Of a DNA stretch of 64,000 nt, positions 26,101 to 39,138 are shown piece by piece. This DNA comes from Octopus bimaculoides (Eukaryota), in contig NC_068995.1 of the NCBI RefSeq assembly GCF_001194135.2, forward strand, positions 30,932,617 to 30,996,616. The letters are read 5' to 3'. The notes below the pieces were generated by a model. The model was not told the origin of the DNA. It saw only the letters and a program-made list of their open reading frames with translations, and did not search any database. The first letter of the stretch is position 1. Every line of letters starts with the position of its first letter. A program made the translations under genes and the position numbers.

Positions 26101-26679
26101 TACAACGTAGGTATACTTCATTATATCCTTATTATTAGACTACATTTGAAGTATGAATATTTAAATATATTCAATAATGAAATTTAAATTCAATAAGAAA
26201 TTCAAATGTTTATGATAAATTGCTTCTGTTCAAATTTTTTCCACTTAGTTTCAGGTTGTAACCATAATCCCATATTGTGTGTGTGTGTGTGTGCACATGT
26301 ATATGTGTGTGAGTGTATATATGTGTGCATGTATATGTGTTTATATCTTTAAACTTGCTTATGAGTGAATATACAAGGTAATTATCATCACTCTTTAATA
26401 ACCCTACCATCAATGATGTTAAATAATTGAAATTTCTTTGATTACAAGTATGATTTTGATTGATTGATTCATTTTATTTTAGGGAACATCAATTAGTTGT
26501 AGCTATAATAATCAAAATTCAATTGTAGAATCTTATTTCATAGTTATTTTGTAGTCAATAAAGATCATGAAATTCAATCATGTCTGCCTGTGATGTTGAT
26601 GTTATAACAGTCTGAATGAAGACAGAGGCAAAACTCTGCCTGTGTTGATTCTCGTGTATTAATATAAATGTGAAGGTGC

Positions 26680-26990
26680 ATGGCTTAGTGATTAGGGTAT
26701 TTGGCTCATGATCGTAAGGTTGTGAGTTCAATTCCTGATGACACATTGTGTCCTTCAGCAAGATACTTTATTTCGTGTTGCTCCACTCAACTGGTGAAAA
26801 ATGAGTAGTAACTATATTTCAGAGGGCCAGCCTTGTCATGTTCTGTGTAATGCCAAATCTCCCTGAAACTATAATAAGAGTATGCATGTCTGTGCGGTGC
26901 TCAGCCACTTTCACGTAAATTTCATGTGCAGGCTGTTCCATTAACCAGATCAACTGGAACCCTCATTGTCGTAATCAATAGAGTGCTAAT
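26680..26990 (+). mobile_element. SINE family D
   Basis: TGGCTTAGTGATTAGGG (A-box-like) ... GAGTTCAATTCC (B-box-like) ... GTGTCCTTCAGCAAGATACTT. Confidence 0.75.
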
Positions 26991-27337
26991 TTTTTCTTTA
27001 AATTTTTCTTTTTATTAAGATAAATAAATGTGAAAAAAGGCAACCCAGCCACAGATAGGGGAGAAGCCACCAACTGGATTTGATCCAGGCATGCCTTAAT
27101 CCTGACCACCATCTTCCATGTATTCTATTGGATCCATAATAATAATGTATATGAATGACAGAGCACAAACATGCTGAGAGATTAATCAAATATAAGAGAA
27201 ATCTGATGTAGAATTCATGAGAGGTGACTGCACTGGGTTGTGAATGTGATGTGTGGTGGAGGATAATGGATTAGTAAAGAAGTGCCTCTACTGTTGTCTT
27301 CTTTCTCCCTTTCTCTTCCTTTCTAGTTCCTCCTAAG

Positions 27338-27415
27338 AAAGACCCTTTCATTAGCTCTCCTAACAAAGAACCTTTCATTAGCCCTCCCGACAAAGACCCT
27401 TTCATTAGCCCTTCC
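27338..27415. repeat. Tandem repeat, 3 copies of about 25 bp
   Basis: AAAGACCCTTTCATTAGC(T/C)CT.C repeated three times. Confidence 0.8.
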
Positions 27416-28432
27416 TGTGTCTAACAGTGCAACTTTCTGTCTCCCCCCCCCCCAGCCAGTGTTACCACTTTTCTCTCTCCACCACAATGAGAAAAACTGT
27501 GAGGGTTTGTAAGTAGCTGCTATCATTATAGAAATGGTTGGAGCATTCACAGAAGTAACTGGAGGAAACGGTGAATTGCTTCACTGTTTCAGCAAACTGT
27601 ATTTGTGTCTTGTACTAGTTTCTCTCTGAATATAACCACAATATTGATATTATAACAACAGCAATAATTGATGCAGTACCAAGCAGTGGCTCTCATAACT
27701 TCTGCTCTGAACTGATTGGAAGTGTTATCATGTACATGTTTTGTCTTGATGTAGAAGATGGGCTACAGCAAATATTCTGCTTCATACCACAGATTTGCTT
27801 AACCAATTAAGCATGTCCCTTAATGGCTGACAATATGTACCTCTCTAATCATGAGCAGGAGTAGTAGGGGAGTATCATAGCCATATGTTGAGAGGAATTC
27901 TTTGAGATTTGAATAATTCACCTCTGGAACCATGGGTGTTTTATTCATCATCCCTCAACAACCCTTATTCAGGGACCATTTGAGTGGGATGAGCTACTCA
28001 ACTTGAAGAAATTCTAATTGGGCTCCACTTGTAAGGTCATGTGTTGTTTATCTTGATATGAGATCACCATGGCGTGCACATATGATTGTGATGTATGTGC
28101 CTGGTGTACCCTTATCAGACAGGTAGTCCTGATGGGTATATTGGGCTTTGTATATTTCTACCCAGTGTCACTTTGATGACATGCTTTTTCTCAGATCCAT
28201 CCCAACAATAAAGGCATTATGAATAGCTGTAAATAACAATGACCAAATAGAACAAATAGAACAACGATAACAACAAAAAAAAGGGTTCTGAACATGACGG
28301 TGGGACAACCACTTAAGATGATTTGGGGACACTGCACTCAACCCGAGATTACCCTGATATACAAAAAATAATAATGATGATAATAACAATAATTATAAAA
28401 TGTTCTTTATTTTTTGTGATCTTAAATTTAAG

Positions 28433-28549
28433 GACCAAAATGCTGGGAAAATTTTTGCTGATGAAGCTGCTGCCATTTATGAACGAGCAATCACCACACT
28501 CTTGAAGACAAATATGTTGCTGTATTTTGCATATGCAGATTTTGAAGAG
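28433..28549 (+). CDS. CSTF3: CstF-77 exon 8/18 ([39 protein letters not shown])
   Basis: aatttaag| ... GAG|gtatta, 117 nt. The acceptor is a weak AAG. Confidence 0.93.
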
Positions 28550-28816
28550 GTATTAATCTAAATTGCTTGCATTAACTCTTTTAATACCATCTATCTCTGT
28601 TTTAATGATACAGATCTGTGAAATTTAAATCTTACACCATTATTTTGTACTACTAGAAAGACTGCCCTCCAGGCGATCTTTTGCTAGCCACTTGATAATA
28701 TTTTCACATTTGATTCCCAATTCTAATAATTTTTATATTTTACACTGAATTGCAAAATTCTAATATGATATTTGTGTAATAACAAAATCAAACCTGGAAT
28801 GTGTGTGTGTGTGCGT

Positions 28817-28847
<31 letters not shown>

Positions 28848-30116
28848 AGAAAGAACATTACAAATAATGAATGAAATAAACATGAAATGAAAAAATCGTA
28901 TAAATAAAGCTCATTAAAATTATCTTGTACCAAATATTTAAATTTGAAATATTCAATATTCAATAATAAAAGGAAGTTCAGAAAATAAATTTTCCTGAAA
29001 ACTTCAATTTATTTATAAAAAATCTCACCTACTTAATAAATATTTCTTTCAATAATTTATCATAGTTGTAATATATCTCTAATTGAAACAAACTTCAAGG
29101 TAATCCAACTATGTTTAGCGTGCTAGAAATAGCAGCGATCACATAGTTATTATTGTAAGGCCTATAGCATTCCAAACAGCCATACCAACAAAATCACTTT
29201 TTTTTTTTTTTTAATTATAATGGTTTATTAGAACATTTTTCTTTTATCAAAAATATTCATTTAACAAACTCTGGAAACTGATATTATTCTTGAAATTGTG
29301 CCTCAAACTGTCGGTTTTGCAAATAGCCAATTAAGACTTGAAATGAAAACATTGAAATGAATATATATCAAATTATCGTTAATGAAAATAGAAGTGAGAG
29401 AGAGTGAAAAACTTGTAGTTCAAATATTCAGTAAACTAGGAAATTGAAATTGCAGGAAATTTCCATATGGTTAAGCCTTTAATAATTGCTTTCTTTTAGC
29501 AACTGTTACATACCTAATTAATCAGCAGCTTTCTCCATAGTATAGATGTTCCAAGCACCAACTGAATAATAGTGACATAGTGTTATTTTATTAAGTCCCT
29601 CTAAATTCTTGGTTATTTTCAAAATTAATAGAAACACACAAGTCACTGAGTATTTTGCTTGAAAGGTTTAAACTACATTTGATGTTTAGCATTTTCAGAT
29701 CAGAAAACTTACTGAGTCAATCATGGAAATGGTTCAGCATCTTTGCATACCAATCATGGACACAGCCAAAAGTGTCATAATTATATATAAACCCACATGT
29801 GCCTTAATTGTGCATAAAACAATTCCTTATCCAAATCAAAGAGCTTAGTAATTTAATCTGCTGAAAATAACAGCCTAATCTCCAACAGATTACACCCTAT
29901 TATCTTAAGTAAGGACAGGGCAGGATACATTAGGTAATGTAATCCTACATGCCACCAATAATGACAGGATGGTCATGACTAGAATACCTTCAGTCATAGG
30001 TTTGCTCTATCAGTATTGATCTGGAGTTAAACAGCAATAATTCTTTATCAAATATTTAAGCTTTTTAAATAACTTTCATCAATAATTTCTTTCATTATAA
30101 ATGTTTTTTCTTTCAG

Positions 30117-30191
30117 AGTCGTATGAAAAATGACAAGGTCCATTCAATATACAAACGTCTATTGGCTATTCAAGAAATTGATCCAACTTTG
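30117..30191 (+). CDS. CSTF3: CstF-77 exon 9/18 (SRMKNDKVHSIYKRLLAIQEIDPTL)
   Basis: tttcag| ... TTG|gtagga, 75 nt. Confidence 0.96.
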
Positions 30192-30520
30192 GTAGGATTC
30201 CTTTTGTTTATATTATTGTTTACTGTTTTATATTGTTTGTCTTTTTCATATTGTGCATGGGTAAATTTTAAAATATGGCTATGTACCCCTCCCCAGTAAT
30301 GAAAGTCCACAATTGCACTCAAGTTTCATGGTATTGAGTGAAAGAGAGACAAATTTTCTTCCTAGCAGCTAACATTAAGTTACTTGTTTAAATATTAAGA
30401 ATGAAATACTTGCTGTAGAATTGAACTTAACATGGAAGACCTTGCAGTCTGGTATAAACATTCAACTGTTTCAAACATATCTAAAGTAATACAGTTCTAT
30501 ATTTAAGACATGAGGAATTC

Positions 30521-30888
30521 TGTACATTATTTACATTTGACGGATATTTGTCCTCATCTTGTTTGTTGTTAACACAATGTTTTGGCTGATATACTCTCCA
30601 GCCTTCATCAGGTGTCTTGGGGAAATTTCGAACCTGGGGCATATGGTGTAGTGGTCAAGAGTGCGGGCTACTAATCCCAAGATTCCAAGTTCGATTCCAG
30701 GCAGTGACCTGAATAATAATGATAATAACAATAACAGCAACAACAACATCGTTGCCACCGCCAACGACAAAAAGTACCTTAGGAATGAGAACCCAATACA
30801 CCTGATGAAGGCTGGAGGGTATATCAGCCGAAACGTGTTAACAACAAACAAGATAAGGACAAATATCTGTCAAATGTAAATAATGTCC
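30521..30888 (+). mobile_element. Composite retroposon: inverted tail, tRNA-like head, (AAT/AAC)n, and a hammerhead-motif tail
   Basis: About 30521-30616 is the reverse complement of about 30797-30888. The tRNA-like head at about 30636-30710 has TGGTGTAGTGG and GTTCGATTCC. Confidence 0.8.
30797..30840 (+). ncRNA. Minimal type I hammerhead ribozyme motif (Penelope-associated type), degenerate copy
   Basis: ACAC-CTGATGA-A-GGCTG-gagggtatat-CAGCC-GAAA-CG-TGTT. The inverted copy at 30570-30616 reads ACAC-CTGATGA-A-GGCTG..CAGCC-AAAACATT-GTGT. Confidence 0.65.
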
Positions 30889-31108
30889 ATAATGTATATC
30901 TGAAGTAGGAGAAAATTATTTTTGTAGCTTTTCGCTGCTATTCCCACATCCCTTTCATTTTGATGTTGAGTTTCTTTTTTTTTTTTTCAAGTACCTTTGT
31001 TACATGTCTAATTTTATTGTGACCTTTTGTTGAAATTAGTGTTCTTTTTAATTATGAGAAAACAGAAAGTTTTATTTTTCTTTCTTGATTTTATGTTGTA
31101 TTAAATAG

Positions 31109-31252
31109 GCCTACATTCAATACATGAAGTTTGCTCGAAGAGCAGAAGGAATTAAAGCTGCTCGCCTTGTCTTTAAAATGGCTCGGGATGATACTCGAAC
31201 TCGCTTCCATGTCTATGTATCAGCTGCACTAACGGAATATTATTGTAGTAAG
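31109..31252 (+). CDS. CSTF3: CstF-77 exon 10/18 ([48 protein letters not shown])
   Basis: aaatag| ... AAG|gtcagt, 144 nt. Confidence 0.97.
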
Positions 31253-31279
31253 GTCAGTGGTTTTCTGATATTCCATCAG

Positions 31280-31692
31280 TTACTCTTTTACTCTTTTACT
31301 TGTTTCAGTCTTTTGACTGCGGCCATGCTGGAGCACTGCCTTTAGTCGAGCAAATCGACCCCAGGACTTATTCTTTCGAAGCCTAGTACTTATTCTATCG
31401 GTCTCTTTTGCCGAACCGCTAAGTTACGGGGACATAAACACACCAGCATCAGTTGTCAAGCGATGTTGGGGGGGACAAACACAGACATACAAACACACAC
31501 ACACATACATATATATATATACATATATACGACAGGCTTCTTTCAGTTTCCGTCTACCAAATCCACTCACAAGGCTTTGGTCGGCCCGAGGCTATAGTAG
31601 AAGACACTTGCCCAAGATGCCACGCAGTGGGACTGAACCCGGGACCATGTGGTTGGTAAGCAAACTACTTACCACACAGCCACTCCTGCGCC
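31280..31692 (-). mobile_element. SINE family A, young full-length copy
   Basis: CpG-rich and close to the family consensus. It starts 28 nt after the exon 10 donor. Confidence 0.9.
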
Positions 31693-32744
31693 TATGTTCA
31701 GAATATTTTTAAAATTATTTCTAAACAACAATAAACTAGGACTTCCATCTGTTCCTGCATTTCACTGAGTATCTCCAGATGTTCTATTGCTTCCTATACT
31801 TAATTCACTAACCAAGTTTGAACTCAGAATCTTGAAAGGGAAAAATGTGTTTGTGTGTGTATTAGTGTACGAATCAGTCACTGAAAAATAATTTGGGGAT
31901 CATCTTATTGAAAAGTAACAATTGCAAAACTATTTATGATGCGGTTAACATCTTGAAATTGCAAAATATTATTATTGAAGGAACTGAATTCCTTCAGCCA
32001 AGACCTCAAGACAATATGGGGAGGTGCCCCAGCTTAGCCACCATAAAATAATAGAAATCAAATGTTGTTTCAACTAAATTTCAATTCTACATTTATATAC
32101 ATTCTGGAATATATTTGTTAATTACTTCCATAGCTTTCTCTGACGATTAAGGACAGTTTAATAGCATTACCATGCTCTCATAAATTGTTGGAACCAATGT
32201 ATTTGGGCACAGATAGAGACCCCACTTTCAATCCTTTCACTGTTGACCTAGAGGAACATCCAGAGTATGACAGCTGGCGGCGGAGGGAGCACTACACCAA
32301 CGCTCAGCTGTTACTCATTACAGTTCACTAGACTGGAGCAATGTAAAATGAACACATGCACTGCCTTGTCCAGGCATTAAACCAATTAGGTTGTGCACCT
32401 TCACTGTTAGATTATGAAAAGCCTCAATAAAAATATTTAACTTTTATCCAGCTATGATGGATTTAATTAATTATTTAAAACATTTTCTTCTTAACTGGTT
32501 TCAGTCGCTGGACCACCTTCCACGGTTTTTAGTCCTTTATTGCATTGGCCCCAATTCTAATCCTGAAGCATATTTTATCAGACAGTTGGCTATGTCTGTT
32601 GAGTTACGTCTCTTATAGGAAGTTACATTCCTTTTGGGGAGTCATATCCTTTCTGTGATAAGGTTATACTTCTGTATACATGTATCAATGCGTACAGGTG
32701 TGTGCGTGTGCCCTCACCCTCTTTTTCCACAATATTTTTTTCCT

Positions 32745-33480
32745 TTTTCTATTTACTTTGCTTCAGTCATTGGACTGCGGCCATACTGGGGCACCACCTT
32801 GAAGTATTTAGTTGAACAAATCAATCCCAGTAATTATATTTCAAAGCTTGGTACTTATACTGTTGGTCTCTTTAAGCTGACTCAATAAGTTATGGAGATG
32901 TAAACACACCAACACCAGTAGTAGGGGACAAATAGAAAGACGGCTGTGTGGTAAGAAGTATGCTTCCCAACCACATGGTTCCAGGTTCAGTCCCACTGCA
33001 TGACACCTTGGGCAAGTGTCTTTTGATATAATCCTCGGGCTGACCAAAGCCTTGTGAGTGGATGTGATAAATGGAAACTGAAAGAAGCCCGTCGAATATA
33101 TGTGTGTGTGTGTCTGTGTTCCCCCTTCCCATTGTTTGACAACTGATGTTGGTGTGTTTACGTTCCTGTAACTTAGCAGTTCGGCAAAAAAAGACCAATA
33201 GAATAAGTTCTAGGCTTACAAAGAATAAATCTTGGGATTGATTTGTTCAACTATAACTCCTTTAGGTGGTGCTCCAGCATGGCCATAATCAGATGACTGA
33301 AACAAGTAAAAGAATAAAAGATGTACATACATTTATGTATGACAGGCTTCTTTCAGTTTCCTTCTACCAAATCTACTCATAAGGCTTTGGTCAGCCCCAG
33401 GGCTAGCATAGAAGACAGTTGCTTCCTAACCATGTGGTTGTGAAGCAAACTACTTACCACACAACCACGTCTGCATTTCC
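32745..33480. mobile_element. Cluster of family A SINE pieces in -/+/- orientations
   Basis: A minus piece at about 32745-32930, a full plus copy at about 32940-33320 and a minus piece at about 33330-33480. Confidence 0.8.
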
Positions 33481-34015
33481 TGTTTCTGTCTATGAACATT
33501 CATTCCAAAATCATAGGTGTATCTGACACTGTGGTAGACTTGCCTAAAGTGGAACTTAGTGAGATGGAACCCAGATCTCTATAGTTGCAAATTGAATTTT
33601 TTATCAAACTGTGTCTTGTAATAAAGTGAATTTATCAGTCTCTATCAAATGGCTAAGTCTGGGTTAGTAGAAAAGGGGTGCAGTATATCTAGAATAATGC
33701 TATTTTTGTTTGATTCATCGATTTATCACACATATGCACATAAATACATGCACACACACACACACACACGAGAACAGACCCAAACACATACACATAGACA
33801 CAAATACATGCACATACATACCCCCGCACACACACTCTCTCTCTCACACACACATACACACACACGCACACACAACAAGCTTCTGTACAGCCTCTGTCTC
33901 CTGAATTCTATTCACAAGTTATATTACTTAGTTTGTTGTCAATTTTAATTTTTAATCTTTATGAAACATGTTTGTTACAGTTCTATGTAATTTGTAAGAT
34001 AATATTTATTTATAG

Positions 34016-34118
34016 GAGAAAACTGTGGCTCTGAGAATATTTGAACTAGGTCTGAAGAAATATGGAGAAATTCCAGATTATGTTCTTGGCTATGTTGATT
34101 TTATGTCACATTTAAACG
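34016..34118 (+). CDS. CSTF3: CstF-77 exon 11/18 ([34 protein letters not shown])
   Basis: ttatag| ... G|gtaaat, 103 nt. Confidence 0.96.
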
Positions 34119-35473
34119 GTAAATACTTTCATTGTAGCACATTGCAATTCACATTTTCATTGTCTCTCATTGTATTTCAAAAATATCTCTTACATTGTAT
34201 ACACATACACACACACACATACTGTATTTGCTGACATATAAAACACATGGTAGCATTAGAGGGAAACCCTATTTTACAAGTATATTTTGTAGAGAAAAAA
34301 AAAACAAATTTGGTATGTTTCATTTTACAGCTACTGAAAGATATTTTAAAACAGTTTTATTGTGTAACAAAGTTTAGAATTGAAACCTTACAGTTTTAGT
34401 AACTAGGTTCAGACTACACTTAGATTAGGTAATGTGCCCTGAATACCAACCAATCTGCTTGCAATTAACCAAAGCCACAGTAGAAGAAAATGTATGATTA
34501 CTGTGACAGTACACTGGAATGATGCATGAAACCTTAAGTTTATCTTTAATAAACTACATTATACAAGTACTGTATTTCAACAGTATCTTCTTTCAGTTCA
34601 ACTGAATAGTTGTTTATATTTTGGTCAAGAGAATTTCTATACAAGATGTAAAACTCGTGTTTCTGGCTGTGATGCTTTGTGTTACTGCAATCAGCCGCCA
34701 GAAAGGTGCACCACTGCCATGGTTTTGTTTCCATTCCCTCATTGCAAAATGGCTGATAAGCAGAGGAAAATTTACCAATTCTTTCATCTTTTTAGGAGAA
34801 ATTTCATTTAGATAATTAAAAAATATTTCTTGAAGGTAACAGTCATTAAAGAATATAAGACACATGTGTGGGTTATGTATGCCCAGGGAAGGAGGTATAA
34901 ATAGGATGATGTGACCTTTCCACATAACTGCCAAAATACTGTAAGCAATTTTTCATAAGTTTGTGCTGACAGGCTGTGATATTTTGGCTGGTTTTCAATA
35001 TTTAATTATTAGTAATAATTAGTGCCTAGTGGACTTATGTTTATACAGTTCCCTATCCTACAACATCTGTAATATGGCCACATTAGATGCAGGGCAATTT
35101 TTTTTATACATTTAAGAATGAAAAATATATCCAAGCAAATATGTTATACACACACATACAAACACATATAGTGGAAGTACAACAGATTACCATATGAGGT
35201 TGTGGCTCTGGATAATAAACATATTAAACTTCTACTGCTGCATTCCATCTGAAACTCTGATCCATGATCAATCTAATTAATTATAATTTTTAGTTTAATA
35301 TTTGTAATTATTCATTGATCTGATAATCATACAGAATTTGTACTTACTCTTTTTCTACATACCAAACAAGGCCATTTTCTTGCAGGATCCTGTCTTCTTT
35401 CCTCTTTTAATCTTTGCTAAATTTATTTTGAAGCCCCTCAGTTCCAGGTTTTGTTCTCTATATCTGGAATTTC

Positions 35474-35509
<36 letters not shown>

Positions 35510-35774
35510 NNNNNNNNNNNNNNNNNNNNNNNNNNNNNNNNNNNNNNNNNNNNNNNNNNNNNNNNNNNNNNNNNNNNNNNNNNNNNNNNNNNNNNNNNNN
35601 NNNNNNNNNNNNNNNNNNNNNNNNNNNNNNNNNNNNNNATCTGTGTGTGTCTGTGTATGTGTACATATATACATATGTATATGGTTATATATATATGTGT
35701 GTGTGTGTGTTTAATATAATGTTTGCCTCATTTCCAGAGGTTTTTGTAATTTCTATTTTTTTTTTTATTTACAG

Positions 35775-35844
35775 AGGATAACAATACTCGAGTGCTGTAT
35801 GAAAGAGTTTTGTCTTCCGGTCAGATCCCTCCAGAAAGATCTAG
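35775..35844 (+). CDS. CSTF3: CstF-77 exon 12/18 (EDNNTRVLYERVLSSGQIPPERS)
   Basis: ttacag| ... AG|gtaata, 70 nt. Confidence 0.96.
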
Positions 35845-36089
35845 GTAATAGTTTCTGTCTTCTCTCTCCCTCTCTCACTTTATACACTTTGAAATCAGGA
35901 GTGTGTGATATAGAACTAAATATATTAAAGTTTACATTTTTAGTGAACATAAGGGGATTGGTTTCAGTTGAATTATGTTCCTGTCTTTCTCAGCATGGCT
36001 AACTGGAATGCCAATTGTTACACAGGGAAGTGTTGTTATTTGATTCTAATATTATATTAATAAATTTAAGTTACCATAATTAATTTTGG

Positions 36090-36300
36090 TGAGATGGTAG
36101 AATCGTTAGCACACTGGGCAAAATGTTTAGCGGCATTTTGTCCATCTTTATGTTCTGAGTTCAGATTCTGCTGAGGTTGACTGTGCCTTGCCTCCTTTCG
36201 GGGTTGATAAGATAAGTACCGGATGAACACTAGGGTTGAGGTAATCAACTTAAAACTCTCTCCGAAATTGCTGGCCTTGTGCCAGAATTTGAATGCAGTG
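36090..36300 (+). mobile_element. SINE family B
   Basis: GGTGAGATGGTAGAATCGTTAGCAC..GGCCTTGTGCCAGAATTTGAA. Confidence 0.85.
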
Positions 36301-36877
36301 CTGTGAGAACTCATTATGGTAGTAAAGAATTAACTTGACTATTGTGTTTCATGCATATACCACCCCTGAGTAATTTCTCTCTGTAATTTATTCCCTAAGG
36401 CCCACCTCCCCATCATCATCATTGATAGCTTCATCATTTTATGTTTATTTTTCTATGCAGACATGGGTTGGCAAGGTTTTACTGCTCATCACAGTTCACA
36501 GTATAGATAAATGGCCAACTTTGTTGCTGTTTTACCATGTGGACTTGGTGTATATTATAGCATTATCATTGCAGCTGGGTTAAACAGCTCCTCCTACTCT
36601 CTATCAGTTCTTATTCAGAGTTACTATTGTCTTAGACAATTTACTTGTGTGTAGTGACCATGTTTCATGTATGTTTTTTTTAATTTTAATTTTTTTTTTT
36701 AAACTTTGGAATAAAAGAAGACAAATTTCTTCTCACATTTGAAACTCACAACTGAAACTAAAAGCTATAAGATATTTGGTCTGATGTTCTCTAACTCAAC
36801 TCTCTGCCCTGGGGGTAGTGTAATGTATTTCAAGCATTTATTTATATATTTTTATTATTTTTTTCTTTTATCAACAG

Positions 36878-36974
36878 TGAAATCTGGAGTCGATTTCTTT
36901 CTTTTGAGTCTGAAGTTGGAGATTTATCAAGTATTTTAAAAGTAGAAAAGAGAAGAGCCGCAGCTACAAATCAG
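36878..36974 (+). CDS. CSTF3: CstF-77 exon 13/18 ([32 protein letters not shown])
   Basis: caacag| ... CAG|gtattt, 97 nt. Confidence 0.96.
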
Positions 36975-37211
36975 GTATTTATCAGTGTCAAGTTGTAAAC
37001 TTCTTTCTTTCATCAAAAATTCTTGTATTTGTGATTCTTGTGAACCTTCTTTCTTCTATAAGTATTATTTTGATCAAACCATACAATTCATTTGATGTTT
37101 CACAGCAGAATAGCTGTTGTAGAAGAGACTTGTTAAGTGTGTGTGTGTCTGTTTTGGGAATGTTTCAATAGAAACACTGTTGACGCTGTGTTAATGTGGT
37201 TATGATTTCAG

Positions 37212-37316
37212 CTGCAAGAATTTGAAGGGAAAGAAACGGCCTTGTTGATTGATCGCTATAAATACATGGATCTCTACCCTTGTTCACAGATGGAGTTGAA
37301 GGCTTTGGGGTACAGA
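37212..37316 (+). CDS. CSTF3: CstF-77 exon 14/18 ([35 protein letters not shown])
   Basis: atttcag| ... AGA|gtaagt, 105 nt. Confidence 0.96.
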
Positions 37317-38044
37317 GTAAGTGTCAATTTTTAAACTTTTGTCACTCATCATCATCTTCATTATCATCACATCACCGCCACCATCGCTATTACCACCACC
37401 ACTTAATGAAAACCACACAAACCAATATCACCACCACCACCACCATTATCACTATGCACCACTATCATCAGCATTGACCTCACCCCAGTTTCTGCTCACT
37501 TTCTTATATGTAGACAGATTATTTCTGATCCACCAGCTCACCTCAAATGTGCTCATATAGCATTAAAAGTGAAGGAAGTTGTGTAGAAGACCTTAACAGA
37601 TTCTCTCCAATCAATGTGGTCAATGTTCACAGCATGTGAGCTCCATTAATTTATGTCTGCTTTAATCCCAGCTAGATGTCAGTAACCTCTTGAAATCCTG
37701 TACTTGAAGAAGAAGAAACAGATATAGGATTTATATGCCATATAATTCTATCCATAGGACTGAGACACAATGTATTAGAAGGGCCCCATTGGTTAACCTT
37801 TGTCACTGTAATCAAAGGGAAAATGTGGAGGTATGTCAAAAGATGGTGTTATCCCCGGATTAGAAACATGATAATAGTTTTAATAGTGAACTCCCCTAAA
37901 AGAGTCATGCAGTTTCTTTGGTCTAGTGTTACCTACAACATACAATTCACTGCCAACTAAATCTAATTCCTTTTATTTTCTTTCAATCTGTTTTTCCATT
38001 CCTGTGGATAACATACTGACATTTTTTCCTGTTATGAACTTTAT

Positions 38045-38210
38045 ATATAGGATAATGTTGAGGAGGGGAAGGAGGAGTATTAGTAGAGTACATTGTGTTG
38101 ATAATGTAGAAGAAGAGGTGTATAAGTGGAGTACATAAGTGTTGATAATGTAGAAGAGGAGGAGTATTTGTGGAGTACATAATATTGATAGTGTGGAAAA
38201 GGAGTACTAG
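38045..38210. repeat. Degenerate tandem repeat, unit about 42-45 bp
   Basis: TGTTGATAATGTAGAAGA.GAGG.GTAT..GTGGAGTACATAA repeated about 3 times. Confidence 0.7.
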
Positions 38211-38284
38211 CTTTAATAAAAAAGGAGTATCATTGAAGTAAATGATGAGGAATAAAAAGGACAACTGTGAATTATGCAAATTTG

Positions 38285-38510
38285 TAGAAACCAAATATTG
38301 GTTTCAAATTTTGGCACAAGGCCAGCAATGTTAAGAGAGAAGTAAGTCACTTACAGTGACCCCAGTATTCATCTAGTGCTTATTTTATTGACCTTGAAAG
38401 GATGAAAGTCAAAGTTAGCCTCAACAGGATTTGAACTCAGGACATGATGATGGATGAAATGCTGCTAAGCATTTTACCTGGTGTGTTAACGATTATACTA
38501 GCTCATCATT
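38285..38510 (-). mobile_element. SINE family B
   Basis: GGCACAAGGCCAGCA..GGATGAAAGTCAAAGT..TTTGAACTCAG, the reverse complement of family B. Confidence 0.8.
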
Positions 38511-38884
38511 TTTTAGAAGCCAAATATTAATATCTGTAAGTTATGTAACTCAGATTAACTGGTTATTTTTATTATTTTATTCAATGAAGAAATATACTCC
38601 ATAGAGACTCTGGAATTAAGTTCATTTTTTAGATACAAACCCTCATTTCTTTTGAAGAATTAGAAACCCTGATGCCTCTGTTAATTAATTGTATATTATT
38701 AATTATATGCTAACATCTTCCTTTCTTCCATTCATCAAGCATTTACACATCAATAATTGATTTTGTAATTAATTTTGATATTTAGATATGGAGAGAAATT
38801 TCTGTGTCAGCCCTTTTCTCTTCTTTTCAGGCATTTTTGCCAGTGTGTGTGTGTGTGTGTGTCTAAAACCAAGGTACCACATAA

Positions 38885-39090
38885 AAAGCACTTGTGATGG
38901 AGTTACATAAAAAGTCCCTAGTGCACTGTGTAAAGTTGTTGGTATTAGGAAGGGCATCGAACCATAGAAACCAAGTCAAAACAGACTGTGGAACTTGGTG
39001 CAGCCCCAAGTCTTGCTAGTTCCTGTCAATCTGTCCAACCCATGCCAGCATGGAAAACGAATGTTAAATGATGATGATGATGATGATATA
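38885..39090 (+). mobile_element. (GAT)n-tailed retroposon 3' end
   Basis: AGGAAGGGCATC..CCAACCCATGCCAGCATGGAAAACGAATGTTAAAT(GAT)n. Confidence 0.75.
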
Positions 39091-39138
39091 TATATATCAT
39101 CATCATCATTATTATGTGTATACCTATTTGTTTTGTAG

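Noticed and set aside
28410-28555. U12-type intron suggested by TCTTAAAT near a weak AAG acceptor
   Set aside because: The upstream donor is canonical GTAAGT, and the next donor GTATTA is not GTATCCTT.
30636-30710. Possible tRNA gene
   Set aside because: It has A/B boxes but no proper acceptor stem or oligo-T terminator, and it runs into a microsatellite and element tail. Treated as a SINE-type head.
31232-31234. Thr (ACG) where Met is usual in ALMEYY, as a possible RNA-editing site
   Set aside because: A-to-I editing cannot convert ACG to ATG. It is simply a substitution or a sequencing error.
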